Shown here: one piece after another, positions 1 through 13,200 of the stretch
Position numbering within the stretch: the stretch's first letter is position 1
Layout: every line of letters starts with the position of its first letter
Origin: the human T2T-CHM13v2.0 reference genome, Homo sapiens
Reading direction: 5' to 3' (one strand)
DNA: 64,000 bases
Assembly: GCF_009914755.1 (NCBI RefSeq)
Contig: NC_060947.1
Notes under the pieces: model-generated
Seen by the model: only the letters and a program-made list of their open reading frames with translations
The model's database searches: none
Told to the model about the DNA's origin: nothing
Translations under genes and position numbers: made by a program

Positions 1-239
1 TGTGCTCCCAGGACGAAAGCCGTCCACCCAGGGCTTAGGGGAAGGGCGGGGATGCCGCTCAGGGAACCTCCGGCTGCAGGGAGCAGGGCCCCCAGGGGGC
101 CCAGTGCAGGGACAGCTTCGGAGCCCCTTTCCTCAAGCAGAGGCAGGGAGGTGCCCAGTGGCCTTCGGCTGTGTGTCCTGGTGCCCAAGCTTGCCCCTTC
201 ACCGGGGCGCTGTGGCTGGGGCCTGGGCTGTTGAGACGT

Positions 240-645
240 TGTGGGGTGACTGGTTTGTGCCCCCACTGAAAGATACATCCATATCTTAACACCCAGGCCC
301 TGTGATCAGGGCCTTATATGCAAATAAAGGGTGTCTGCAGATGTCATTAAATTGAGGATGTGGAGATGAGAGCAACCCAGATGATCCAGGGGGCCCCAAA
401 TCCAAGGACAGTTTCCTTAGAAGGGACAAGAGAGAGAGACACAGAGAAGGCCATGTGGAGGCGAAGGTGGGGAGTGCCCAGGGTCCCCAGAAGCTGGAAG
501 AGGTGGGTGGATCCGCCCCCAGAGCCACCGGAGGAAGCACTCGATTCTGGACTCCGGCCTCCAGAACTGGGAGAGTCAATTCCTGTTGGCTGAAGCCAAG
601 CGGTTTGTGGTCATTTGCTGCGGCAGCCCAGGCCACTCCGACACG
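240..645 (+). mobile_element. MaLR LTR (MLT1-like)
   Basis: Typical MLT1 motifs: gcagatgtcattaa..gaggat, ggcctccagaactg.gaga, ttgtggtcatttgctgcggcagccc; boundaries approximate. Confidence 0.75.
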
Positions 646-2700
646 AGGGAATGAGCTGAGCCCAGAGTCCTCCTGGGCCGTGGAGGCGGGGGGCGGGGGG
701 ACCTTTGCACCCGCATCGTCCAGTAACCTGGTGGGGGCTGGGGCGACCTTGGGAAGGCAGCTCCCGTTGTCCTTGGCTCATTTCCAGAGAGCATGAGCGG
801 CCAACCTGAATGGAGGCTGGGGAGTGAGCCCCTTAGGCCGGGGGCCCCTGGGAGTGCACCCCACTTCCACCGCAGGAGGAAGGGCCGTGTGCAGTGGGCT
901 GCGGGTCCCACACAAGCCTAGAAATGGGGGAGCAGGGGCCACCGTGTGCACCATTGTTGGCACCGCGTGTGTGGACACATTGGTGGTGGAGGCAGCAGCG
1001 CGGTCAGCTGAAGAGCGCGACGCCTAGAGCAAGTGAAGACGACCTTGACAAGCCCATGATCCTGTCAGGAGATCAATCTCCCTTCCAGCATGTTTTCAGT
1101 TTTTTACTGTAAAGAATTGCAAACACATGCCCAACCTAGAGAGGATGACAGGGCACACCGGCCCCGCTGGCGGTCCTCACACAGCCCTCTCTCCTCTCCA
1201 CTCCCCTTAATGTGGCCCCGAGGCCTGGGGCCTCCTGAGAGAGGCACCTCCATCTGCCTTAAGCAGGGACAGGGCCTTCCAGGCAGCAAACCCGGGTTCA
1301 GAACCTGGACCCTTGTCTACACCAGCCAGGGCTGGAGGTTGGCCCTCTCAGCCTGGGGACTCATAGGGGTGCCCGAAACTCCAGGAATCAGCCCCCTGGG
1401 CCCCCACTGGGCCAGGTCAAAGTCAGTGTGGGTGGGAGGTATTTGCAAGATCGCCATGCAGGAAGTAGGGTCCCAGGGAGAGGACAGGCCCAGACAGCCA
1501 TCGCCGCAGGCATCTGCCCACATGGAAAGCAAGGCGGTAAGCAGAGGCGATGGAATGTGTGTCAACACCGTGCAAAGGGCCAGTGTGGCCGGGGCTGGGG
1601 CAGCGAGGGCGGCAGCCAGGGGCCTCAAGGGGCGGGCAAGAGGCCCGGGAGGCTGGGACTGCCAGGAAGGAAGCCAGCTGCTCAGCCTGGGGCGCCCTCC
1701 CCGAGGCCTGCCCGCTCCCTACCAGCCAGACTTCTAGCCAAGCTCCAGAGCTGGGAGCCCAGCTGCCCACCTAGCATCTCACAGGGATGGCCTTGCACAC
1801 TACACACCTCCACCCAAGTGGAGCAATTCTGTACATTCAAGTACAATTCAGTTGTACAATTCTGTACAATTCAAGTACATTCTCAAGTGTACTTGAGCAA
1901 TTTCTGATGCCGAGCTCCCCTGCCGCGCCACATCTATAGTGGCTCCAGGTGCGGTTGCCTCTTCTCTCCACACCCCTCCCGGGAGCACACACGCAGGCAT
2001 GTAGGCTGCTCCAAGGGGTTCTGGAAGGCTCTGGCCCTTTCTTCTTCAGCAACCTCCTAAGGGGCTGGGTGAGGAGTGAGCGGCCAACACACATACATGC
2101 ATACACACACACGTACACTAGCCTCTGCATTTCATATACATGTGAAAATCATTTGCTCCCCAATGCAGGTAACATGAGAGGCTGGGCCCTGCAGCTCTGA
2201 GGCTGTCTGCACAAACAGATCCTGAGAGAGAATAGCCTCAAGGGGTCTGTCAGCCTGTGGCCAAGTCAGATGGTCACGTCCTGTTTGCCCTGGGTGACTG
2301 GTCCAGAGGTGGGCCTCCCCGTGAGGACTCGACTGCTAGGGCCAGCAACCAGCACTGAATGCCCGTGGCCCAGGTATGGGGCAGAGTGCCTCCCTCCCTC
2401 CCCCAGCAGGCCTGCCTCACCAGGACCCTCTCACCCACACTCTGGAGGGTACACAGGGCCAAGAGCCGGGGGAGGGGGCAAGGGAAGGGATTAGCCCCAG
2501 GCAGCCAGCTAAAACGGGGTCCAGGAGCAAGGCGGCACTGAGGGGCCTCAAAGGCCAGCAGCATCAGGCTGGCAAGGACGCATACATGAGCACACACTCG
2601 GAACACGCGGGAGTGCCTGCCTGTGTGCCTGCAGGCAGGAGTGTGCAGGAGGCCGTGTGAGAGCCTGGGGAGGGCTGCGCCAGTGAACAAGGCAGGCCCA

Positions 2701-2746
2701 TGTGTGTGTGTGTGTGTGTGTGTGTGTCTGTCTGTCTGTCTGTCTG
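2701..2746. repeat. (TG)n-(TCTG)n compound microsatellite
   Basis: Directly visible tgtgtg... followed by tctgtctg... Confidence 0.95.
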
Positions 2747-3069
2747 CCTGTGCATGTCTGTGTCTGTGTACACACATAAGTGCATTTGTGCATGACCCAG
2801 GGGAGCAAGTGCGCCCTGCCTCAGGGACTCCAGGAGCCGAGCTGGCATTCAGGAAGCATCTTTAGGCTCTTGAACAAAAGGGCAGCCTCTGCTGTCTCCC
2901 TCCCCACAGCTCCCTCCTCTGAGGTGGCAGCCGTGTGGCACATCCCGGCTCTTCAACCTTCAGCCTCATTTTTATCCTGAATATCTACACACTTGCGTGC
3001 ACACGCACATGAGCACACGCACAAACGCCCTGTGGTACAGTACACTCCAGGAATACTATGGACCATCTT

Positions 3070-3381
3070 TCTTTCTTTTCTTTCTTTTTTTTTTTTTTGA
3101 GATGGAGTCTTGCTCTTGTCACCCAGGCTGGAATGCAGTGACACTATCTCGGCTCACTGAAACCTCCGCCTCCCAGGTTCAATCAATTCTCCTGACTCAG
3201 CCTCCTGAGTAGCTGGGATCACAGGCGTGCACCACCACACCCGGTTAATTTTTGTATTTTTAGTAGAGACGGGGTTTTACCATGTTGGCCAGGCTTCTCT
3301 CGAACTCCTGACCTCAACTGATCCACCTGCCTCGGCCTCCCAAAGTGCTGGGATTACAGGCGAGAGCCACTGCGCCCGGCC
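3070..3381 (-). mobile_element. Alu (S-type), full length
   Basis: T-tract, then gagatggagtcttgctc...ctcccaaagtgctgggattacagg...gcgcccggcc. Confidence 0.95.
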
Positions 3382-4269
3382 TACAGACCCTCTTTCTAGG
3401 TCCCTGAGCAGGGGAAGTATTTCTGTGCCTCCGTGCTCTTGCCCATGCTGTGCCCCCAGCCTGCTACGACTTGCTTTCCAGAGCCACCTGGTGAACTCCT
3501 ACTTTGAGCGGCAGCTCAGTGGCCTGCCGTCTTCCTCTGCAGAGCCAGTGGCTTTCCCTGGTCCTGTCCTACCTGTGGGTCTTGTGAGCTACTTGTTAAA
3601 AGTGAGTCACTTGCTCCTGAGACCTCAGCCACCATCCCAGTAACTATCACAGACCTAGATTGTCCCCAGAACCCAACTGAATTGGTTCATCCATTCACTC
3701 CACAGGCACGGATTGGGAGCTTACTGCATCATGCTTCTCCCTAAAGATAAGCTCTTAGTTAACATCACCAGCCATGAATTACTATACTGGAATACACACT
3801 CAGGAAAAGCCATAATGTAGACCAGGATTTAAAGAAATGCCATTTAACTAAGAAAAAACTAAGGACCTTGTTTCAATATCAGCCATGAGCTGCCACTGCT
3901 TGTTAAATATGAGTCTATGTCAGAGGCAGAATAAACAATTCATCAAACACCTCTTTAAGGAGTTACAAGTTTCTTATCAAAACCTCCAGCCCCATTTGTG
4001 CTTCTGTTATATCGGCATCTCCAAGTGGATGAGAATGTTCACTGGTAGCTTTGTCCCTTTTCCATGGTGAGGGGCAGAGGGAGGTGCAGGCTGTCCTTCC
4101 TCTTCCTCAGTCTCGGTCTGGAATAGCTAAAGAAAGCAAAACTACCTCCTCTGAGTTGAGTCTCTTTTCACGGAGACCCTCTTCTGTTGCCAGGCGCCAA
4201 ATATCATGAAAACTGTAACTGGTTAAAAAAAAATCACCTGCATAAAAATCTTTAAAATTCATTTCAACA

Positions 4270-5170
<901 letters not shown>

Positions 5171-5552
5171 GAAAGGCAATTTTTTCTCTCCCTAAAAAGG
5201 AATCAGTTTCTCAGAGGCAGGTTGGTGCATGGGAGAGGGTTGACTTGAACAATATCTGGAGAGCTCAAAGCTTTCAAAAAACATTAAACCCTGAATATAT
5301 CGGGAAGCTGGAAGATGTTAGAGCACTTACATTTACTTTCCTGGATCCAGACTTCACATCGAAGAGTTTAATTGAACTCTGGGTCTACCTCCAGCTGGCT
5401 GAATTAGTCTGAACAAGAACAAGTCATTCAGATGTTCAGAGTCTTCATTTCCTCATCTGTGAAATGCTAAGACCCTCAACTTCACAGGGATCTTTTTGAG
5501 TTAAACGATAGAGCACTTAAGAAAGCTTCCCGAAACTCCCGAAGCACTGCAT

Positions 5553-5780
5553 TCATTTGCTAGAGCTGCTGTCAAAAAATGCTGCACACGGGATGTGTGA
5601 AAACAGCACACATTTATTCTCTCCCAGCTCTGGAGGCCAGAAGTTCAAGATCAGGGTGTCGGCAGGGCTGTGGTCCCTCTGAAGGCTGGAGGGAAAGGTC
5701 CGTCCCAGGCCTCTCCCCTGGCTTCTGTCGGGTTGTGGCTGATCTTTGGTGTTCTCTGGCTTGTGGATCTCTGCCTCCAC
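5553..5780 (-). mobile_element. MaLR LTR fragment (MLT1-like)
   Basis: atttattctctcccagctctggaggccagaagttcaagatcagggtgtcggcaggg is the reverse strand of the MLT1 3' portion. Confidence 0.7.
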
Positions 5781-6979
5781 AGCAAGCTCTATACTAAGGC
5801 TGTACTAGAAAGTGTTAGCCTTGTCTCTATTGTATCCTTTGATATATATATACATATATATATAGCTCAACCTTGGCTGCCTCCTTGCCAGTTGGCCTAC
5901 GTGGCTGAGAGGCGTTCTGCTGTCCCCGTCCTTGTGAAGGTATATGCACAGCTATGTGTGGACATAGTGTGGCTGCTCTGGCTCCGGACAGGGCCAGCTT
6001 CCTCACTGCTTCCAGCCCCATCTCACCCAGGGCCTCTGCAGCCCTGGGAGCAGCCAGGCTCTCGGCGCACATCTCTGAGCCTGCCCAGGAGGATTCGGGC
6101 AGTCACCCGAGCACCTGGTCCCTCACGGAGGCGCACTCTGCCTGAATCCCTCCTCCCAGATGACGAGCGCTCACACGAGGCTTCGGTTTCCTCAGTAACC
6201 AAGGCCTGCAGCTGACTGGTCACAGAATTCCAGGGAGAGGTGTCCCAGGGACCACCATTGTGATGACATGGCAGCTGGCCCTCCTCCTGCCCCTGTCCCC
6301 CCTTATTCCTCTAGCGCACGCCTAGCCAGCCCCTGGGGGGTGGCCAGCCCGCCTCAGGCCAGGCCAGCTGAGGGAGACTGGGAGGCCTGTGGCCAGCCTG
6401 GCCCTGGCAGCCACACTCTGTGCTCTCTGAGAAAGCGCACAGCCACCTGGAGCATCATGAAACCATGAAGGGTGCCCAGGTGCCAGGAGAAGGGAGCAGG
6501 GCTAGGCCGGGGCTGGGCTGGGAAGGCCGGAGGGGCCTCCAACAGAGGTCAGGGTGCATTTAGAGAAAGGGAATGGCAGAAACAAGGGACTGACAGCAGC
6601 AACAGGGACCCAGCGGGCTCCCTGGAGCAGAAGTGGGGACAGGTGGGCAGGTGAGAGGCAGGGGGAGAAAAGGCTCAGTGCCCTCGGGCTCTGGGGCACG
6701 CCAGTGCACGGGAGAAAGGGATTCCACAGCAGGCCCATGGGCCTCACCCAGGAATTCCCAGTCTTTTCAAGACAGGACAAGGCCACAGAAAGAACGAGGC
6801 CGCATGGTACACACCAAGATGAGGGTAGGGGGAGGACCTGGGTAGGGGGAGGACCTGGGCAGGGAAGGGACTGCGGGGTGTGCCTCGAGTGCCACCTGCG
6901 GGCATGGGCCTCTCTGGGCCCCAATAGCGTAGCCAGGCAGAAAGCCGCCCCAGTTCGCCATGCTCCACTCAGAACTCGG

Positions 6980-7288
6980 TACCCAGTGCAGTGGCTCGCA
7001 CCTGCAATCCCAGCGCTTTGGGAGGCCCAGGCAGGAGGATCACTTGAGCCCAGGAGTTCCAGACCAGTCTGGACAACATAGGGAGACCCTGTCTCAACAA
7101 AAAAAAAAAAAAAATTGATTAGCCAAGTGGGTGGTGCGTGCCTGTTGTCCCAACTACTTGGAGGGCTGAGGTGGAGGATCGCTTGAGCCCGGGGGTTGAG
7201 GCTGCAGTGAACTGTGATTGATCCACTGCCCTCCAGCCTGGGTGACAGAGTGAGACCCTGTCTCAAAAAATAAATAAATAAATAAACA
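6980..7288 (+). mobile_element. AluJ-like element
   Basis: ggaggatcacttgagcccaggagtt, two monomers, (AAAT)n tail. Confidence 0.9.
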
Positions 7289-10200
7289 ACCCACCAGAAA
7301 TCTGTGCCCAGGCCCGATGCCAGGCACCCTGGAGCACAGAGGCATCTGCAGTGCCCATGCCCTCACCAGCTGGCCGATGCCACGGGGGAGGGAAGCAGGG
7401 CACCTGAGGGGCATGCCCAGCACTGTGGGGCCAACAGGGAGGAGGGGAGGACACTGCAGGCGGGGAACACGGTGCCAGGACACCGAGCCAAGAAGCAACC
7501 TGCTGAGGGGGGTAAGGACCATGCCCACTGCAGGCCAAGGGGTGCCTGGAGGGAGTGGGGCATCTTGCAAAGGCTGGAGGGCCCCTCTCAGGCCAGGACA
7601 TGACACGAATGTGGGGTTCCGCATCTCTCTGTCAGTGCACCCCACAGCCCATCAGAGGCCGTGTCCAGCTGCTCCTCCAGGCCCCAAGCCTCTCATCGTC
7701 ATCTGTCATCAGCGGCATCCCCCTCGCACAACCCTGTGCTCATGGACAGATGCCCACTCTCTCCACCGAGAAAGCATTGGGAGAGCACTGCTGGGCTGGG
7801 GACAGGACCTCAAGGGGTTGATTTCTGCTCTGCATGCTCACCCCCTCCCCTCCTCCTTTGGGGGACACCCCAACCCTGCCCATCTCCATCTCAGGCACCC
7901 CCTCCCACAATTGTGCTATAGCCCGGCTTCCTCCTTCAGTGAAGGGTGGAGGGAGCGCAGGGGGCCAGGCAGTGGCCCAGGAGCCCTGACCCACTCCCCA
8001 CCCACTGCCCCATCCTACCTACAGACACAGCCGCACAGGGCCACCAGAGCAGGGATCTCAGGCTCTTTAATTCCTTCCCTCCTGGGGTCTACACACATTG
8101 CTACGGCCCCATCCCAGAGCCAGGCCGGGTGCAAAGCCCTGGAGACAGATGCCGCTCCTCCAAACGTCCCGTCTGCTCCTCAGCCAAGGACAGCAGTGGT
8201 CCGGGGCAAGCAGGACACAGGCATTCTGTGTTGGGTGGTCCTAGCAAAGGAAAGAAAGGACTTTCGTGCCAGCACCAGCATTGAGGGGAGGCTGGAAAGA
8301 TGAGTGCCCTGCCAGGCAGATGTGGGGCAGCGTGTACAGCAGGAGGGTGCAGGCACATAGGCAAAGATGTGGGTGAATGTACTTTGCACATGTGATGGAC
8401 ATGAAGTGAGGGAACAGAGAGAGGACTGCAGCACGCTAAACAGTGCCCCCCCCAAAATATCTGTCCACCTGGAGCCTCAGCATGTGACCTTCTTTAGAAT
8501 AAGGCAAGGGAACACGCGATATCCTGCTTCGTTCTGGCAACTGCAAGGCGCGAGTTGGGGCTGGAATGTGGGCCTGGAGGAAGTCGGGGAGAGGACGCCG
8601 GGGAAGCGAGCAGGAGCCAGATGGCTCAGGGCCGTGGAGCTGGACTTTGTCCTTGAGGCCACGAGGGGCCACTGAAGGGGGCTGAGAGGAGAAGTGGCCA
8701 GGCATCTGGGCAAGGACACTTCCTCTGGCCTTGATGTGGAGGATGGGTGCGAGGCTGGGGCCGTCGTCCAAGCGAGAGGGGACAGGGCCTGGGTGAAGAG
8801 AAAATCCAGCAATGTGAGGGGTGATTATGGAGAGAGAGGAATCAAGGGCACCCCCGAGTTTGGGGTGTGGAGGGAAGAACTTTGGGACATCCAGGCAGCA
8901 ATGGAGCTACAGGCATGGAACCCAGGAGACACTGATGTCACAGTCGTCCCCCAGAAGAGGGACACAAGAAAGAGACTTGGGACAAGAGGCCAGAGTGAGG
9001 GAAAGAAAACCAGGAGGGGGTGGGCATGAGGAGGGAGGCCTTAGGAGGGGACCCAAGCAAGCAGGGGCAGGTGGAGGAAGAGCCTTGCAGGCCTTGGAGT
9101 TTGGCAGGAGGCAGATGAGTCCCGTCTGGAAGCCGCCACTTCTCAAGGAAGGCGATGCCAGCTGGCCTGGGCTCTGGGGAGGCGGGTGGGAGAACACACA
9201 GCACCCACCGGCAGCAGCTCAGGAGAAACCAGGCCAAAGGGGGCTCTCAACTTGGAAGCTGTGGGGTGGCACAGAACAATTTTGAGATGCTCAGGCCTTT
9301 TAGGGAGGTCAGGATGGGCAGGCTCAAGGCTGGTGGCCAGGGGATGAGGGCCAGAGGATGGAGGACACGGGGATGGGAGGAGCCCTGGGGGATAGGTGGG
9401 CTTGGCTGAGGAGAGGACGTTCTGGGCACTACACGTCCCCTTTTCCTGAAGACAGCCTCTGGACACTTCTCTCCCTTGCGGCCTACAGAGCCTACCCAGG
9501 CAGACCCGATGTGGCTGTCACTGAGATAAGAGCCCTGGGCTTGTGTCTGGGACACGTGAGTTTGAGAAGCCTGGAGGTCACCCAAGGGAACCCACCTGGG
9601 GGCAGCTGGGCCCAGGAGCCTGGGGCAGAGACCTGGTGTCACAGGCCAGTGTATGAGCACTGGAGTGAAGTCAGCCAGGCGGTGGGCTAGGAGGTCCCGA
9701 CACTCATCCCTCCCCCAAAACAACAATCAATAAGCGACATGCTCAGAGAAACAGGATGGCAGTCTGCTGAGGATCACCAGCTCCTGGTCCTACAGGTCTT
9801 CGGGCAACATGAGAAGTGACAAGCGACAGGTAGCACCGACCCAAACTATGAGGACACAAAAGACCCTTCAGAGGCCGAGCAAGGGCCTTCACTGTGGCTC
9901 CCTTGGGGCCCTTGAGGTTCTGGCTGAGCTGGGCCGAGAAGAGGGAAGTGAGCATGCACCAGAGACGCCGCCTGCCAGGAGACCCGGCCCAAGAGCTTCC
10001 AGGCAGATCTCCCTGCCTTGCCTGTGCTGAACTCCAAAGAACCACCCACCATCCACCATAGGGCAATTCTGACCACAGCCAGCCAGGGGGCAGTGCTGGG
10101 AGCAGGCCAATCCTCAGATGCCAAGGAGCCAGCCTCAGCACCAGCCATCTGTGACACCTCCCTCTGGCTGGGCTCACCACTGCAGCGGGTAGCACAAGAA

Positions 10201-13200
10201 AGGCAGCAGCCCTGCGGCTTCTGCTTGGACCCTCTAGAGACGGGACGCACACCCCTCCAGGAAGCCAGTCTCAAGCTGGCTGCCCTGCCGACTGGGAAGT
10301 CCACCTAGGCTCATGGTCCTGGGGATCCCATCCTCAGCCTCCCCTGCTTTCCCCTTTAGGGCTGAGAAGAACAGGCAGCCATGGTCCTCATGGCTCTGGC
10401 CAGCTCTCCAACCACGCGTCCTGAGAGCTGAGCCTTACAGGCTGACAGACTGGACCCTGGGTCACCCTCATGGTCCCAGCCCATGTCAGCCACAGCCGTC
10501 CTTCTTGGAGCTCAAAAGGCAGTGAAGAACGAGTCTCAGGCCCTGCTCCAGGTGGTGACAGCAGTGGCCAGGACTGATGACTAACTCCCAGAGCCGCCTG
10601 TGTGCACCCTCCTTTTCTCTGTATAACACTGACATGGCAGTGGGCATGCAGTGTGCAGTGGTGGAAGGGAGATGGCTGTGGAGATGGTTACCCTGTCGTT
10701 GCAGGCAGGGCAGTAAGAAGCCCTGGAAGGGGCTCAGTGACCTGCCACAGCCTCCCACCTTGAAGGCCAGGCTGCATGCCTGACCCCACACAAGGAGCCT
10801 TGGCTGTCCCCTTCCCATCCATGGCATCTCTCAGGCAGAGGCCCACTGGCCCTCTCCGCGTGGATGCGGTTGATCCCTGGGACGTGGCTGCCACCTTTCT
10901 CACCTTCCCCCTCCTCTCCACCTTCTCTCTGCCCAGGAGCCGGCCCCGAGGTGTGGGCAGGTCACGTGGCACCGCATCTGCACTGCTCTCCTCTCTGGGG
11001 CTCTCGGGACCCAAATCAGCCACCGATGTGGGAAGCAGGTACTGAGGGGTAATAGCCGCTCTCTAAATTTAGACGGGAGAACTCCCCAGAGAGCTGGCAG
11101 AAATATCCCGAGCCTTCCTGTGGCGAGGCTCTCAGGCAGGAGAATGAAGAGGGGGCAGCGAGAACCCGGGGATGGGGGGCAGCAGGGCTAAGAGAAGGTG
11201 ACAGAGGAGAAGGCCCACACCTGGGCTGGGGTGCACATGCTCTGGACCACAGCCTTGAACTCCACCCTGGTGGGGGCGGCCCACATTCAAGGACAGGCCA
11301 GCTCTTCTCTGCAATTCCGGTCGCACCCATGGCTCTCCAGCACCCTTCTGCAACCAGGAGGGAGCTGCCTCCTTCCTTGCTCTGGCCGGGTGGGTGGCTT
11401 GCCAGGTGACTGAGGCCTGAGCCAGCAGCTCCCCTCCTGCCTGTCCCCCAGCCTATAAGAAAGAGCCACTCAAGGGCAGAGGCAGTTCCCTGCGGAGGGG
11501 CGCCCTGGCCATGGGGCCCTGGCTGCTAGTCTGTGGACCTGAGCACATAGCCCGGTCACCGCCCCCGCATTCCATACTTCAGCATCCTCATCCAGAAGCA
11601 AACAAGAAGTGCAGCAAACAGCATGGCTTGTCCTCACGGTCACGGCACCAGTGGTGGGAGGGAGGAGACCCTCATCTGTCCCTGGAGCTGCTGTCACCAT
11701 TACCCAAGGGGCCTGCACACAAGGTGGAAGCTTCAGGACAGCTGTGCTTCCAAGGGTGGCCCACGCGGCGCCCCTGTCCTGGAGGCCACAAGTCTCCATC
11801 AGCTGGGACTCCTTGCCTGGAAGGTGACTCGTGGCACCCACAGCTGTGATTCTGTCTCCAGCTGTGCCCCTGATCGCTGCAGGGCCTTGGGCAAGTGGCA
11901 GCGGTGGGCAGGAGAGGTGCTGGGTGCTCCCAGATGCCAGAGCAGCAAGGGGCTCAGCAGCCTGAGGGTGGGGATGGGTCTGGGTGCAGGAAGCCAATGG
12001 GGCCCACCAGGCTGGGCCTTTCGGTGCTGGGAGGAGATGGGGAGTGGTGGAGGGAGGCAGCCAGACAAGCCAACAGGTGCTGTGACCGAGCGCGCAGGGG
12101 CAGAGGCCCCCGAGGAGTGAGATGAGAAAAACCCACAGCCTCCAGGAGCCGCTCTCCACCCCCACAGACATCTGAGCCAGGGCAAGCGCTCGCCACAAGC
12201 CCCTGCCTGGGCCTGGCCATGGCTGCCTGTCTCGTGTCTTATCTTGTTACCTGTGGTGAGACACCCTGACTGGAGAAGCATGTTCCTGGAAGGGGGGCGG
12301 GGTGGGGGATGCTGAAATGCGGCCAGAAAGGCAGGTGGGCCTTTCCTCCTGGGCCAGGCGGGGCAAAGGTTGGGGGGATCTGCAGCAGGGGAGCCAGGTG
12401 GACTGGGAACATCCTTGGCACCCCCAATCTCCCCAGACCCATCGTTTCACCCTTGGTGGCTCCCCTCTCTCCTGGTTCCCTTAGCCCTGGACGTCCCTGG
12501 GCCACGCGGGAAAGTCACCTGCTGCCCTCTCTCCTCCTCTTCCCCTGCATGGGGTCTGGACAGAGGCTCCTTGTCTCCCCTCACTTCCCTTCCCCTGTCT
12601 AGCCCAGGGCTGTGGGTGGCTGGCTGTCCCGGTAAAAGGATTATATCATCTGTAATGTATATCCAGACGCACATGCACTGCTGCTCGGGAGGACAAGACA
12701 AGGAGAGGGAGCCAGTGCAGCTGGCCAGAGGGGAATTGTATTGAACCTGAACCTGAGCCCTCCCCAAATGGGGGTGGTAATGGCTCACCAGGTCCCGGCC
12801 CGCAGAAATCAATCGCTGCACAGGCTGGCGCTCTGTGCTCTACCCCCCTCCCTTCCCTCTCACCTACCTCCTGTCCCTCCCTGGTGCTCACACCCCTGGG
12901 CACTCAGCTGCCCGGCTGGCCTGCCTTTGACCTCGTCTGCAAGTGACATTTCAGAGCCATTTTGTTTCAAATGTCTGGGCAGGGCTCCTTTGGGAGCGGC
13001 TGCAGACAGGTAGGGTGCTTCTGAAGACATGGTAACTGGTAGCGGGGTACATCTAGAAGATGCCGGCTGAAGCGCTTCAGATATGGGAGGGTGCAGAGGG
13101 AGGAGTTGGAGGGTTGGCGCAGGGGGGTGGGGGGATTGTCATGTGAACAGAAGGCTTCAGCTGCAGAAGCCATCTCTGTGGGACCCAATGGTTACCCAGA

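Noticed and set aside
3730-4260. AT-richer unique-looking stretch considered as a possible retrocopy fragment
   Set aside because: No recognisable ORF, poly(A)/TSD or homology by eye; a BLAST or Dfam search would be needed.
7317-8303. 328-aa ORF upstream of DUSP9
   Set aside because: No domain or splice structure; composition typical of random GC-rich DNA.
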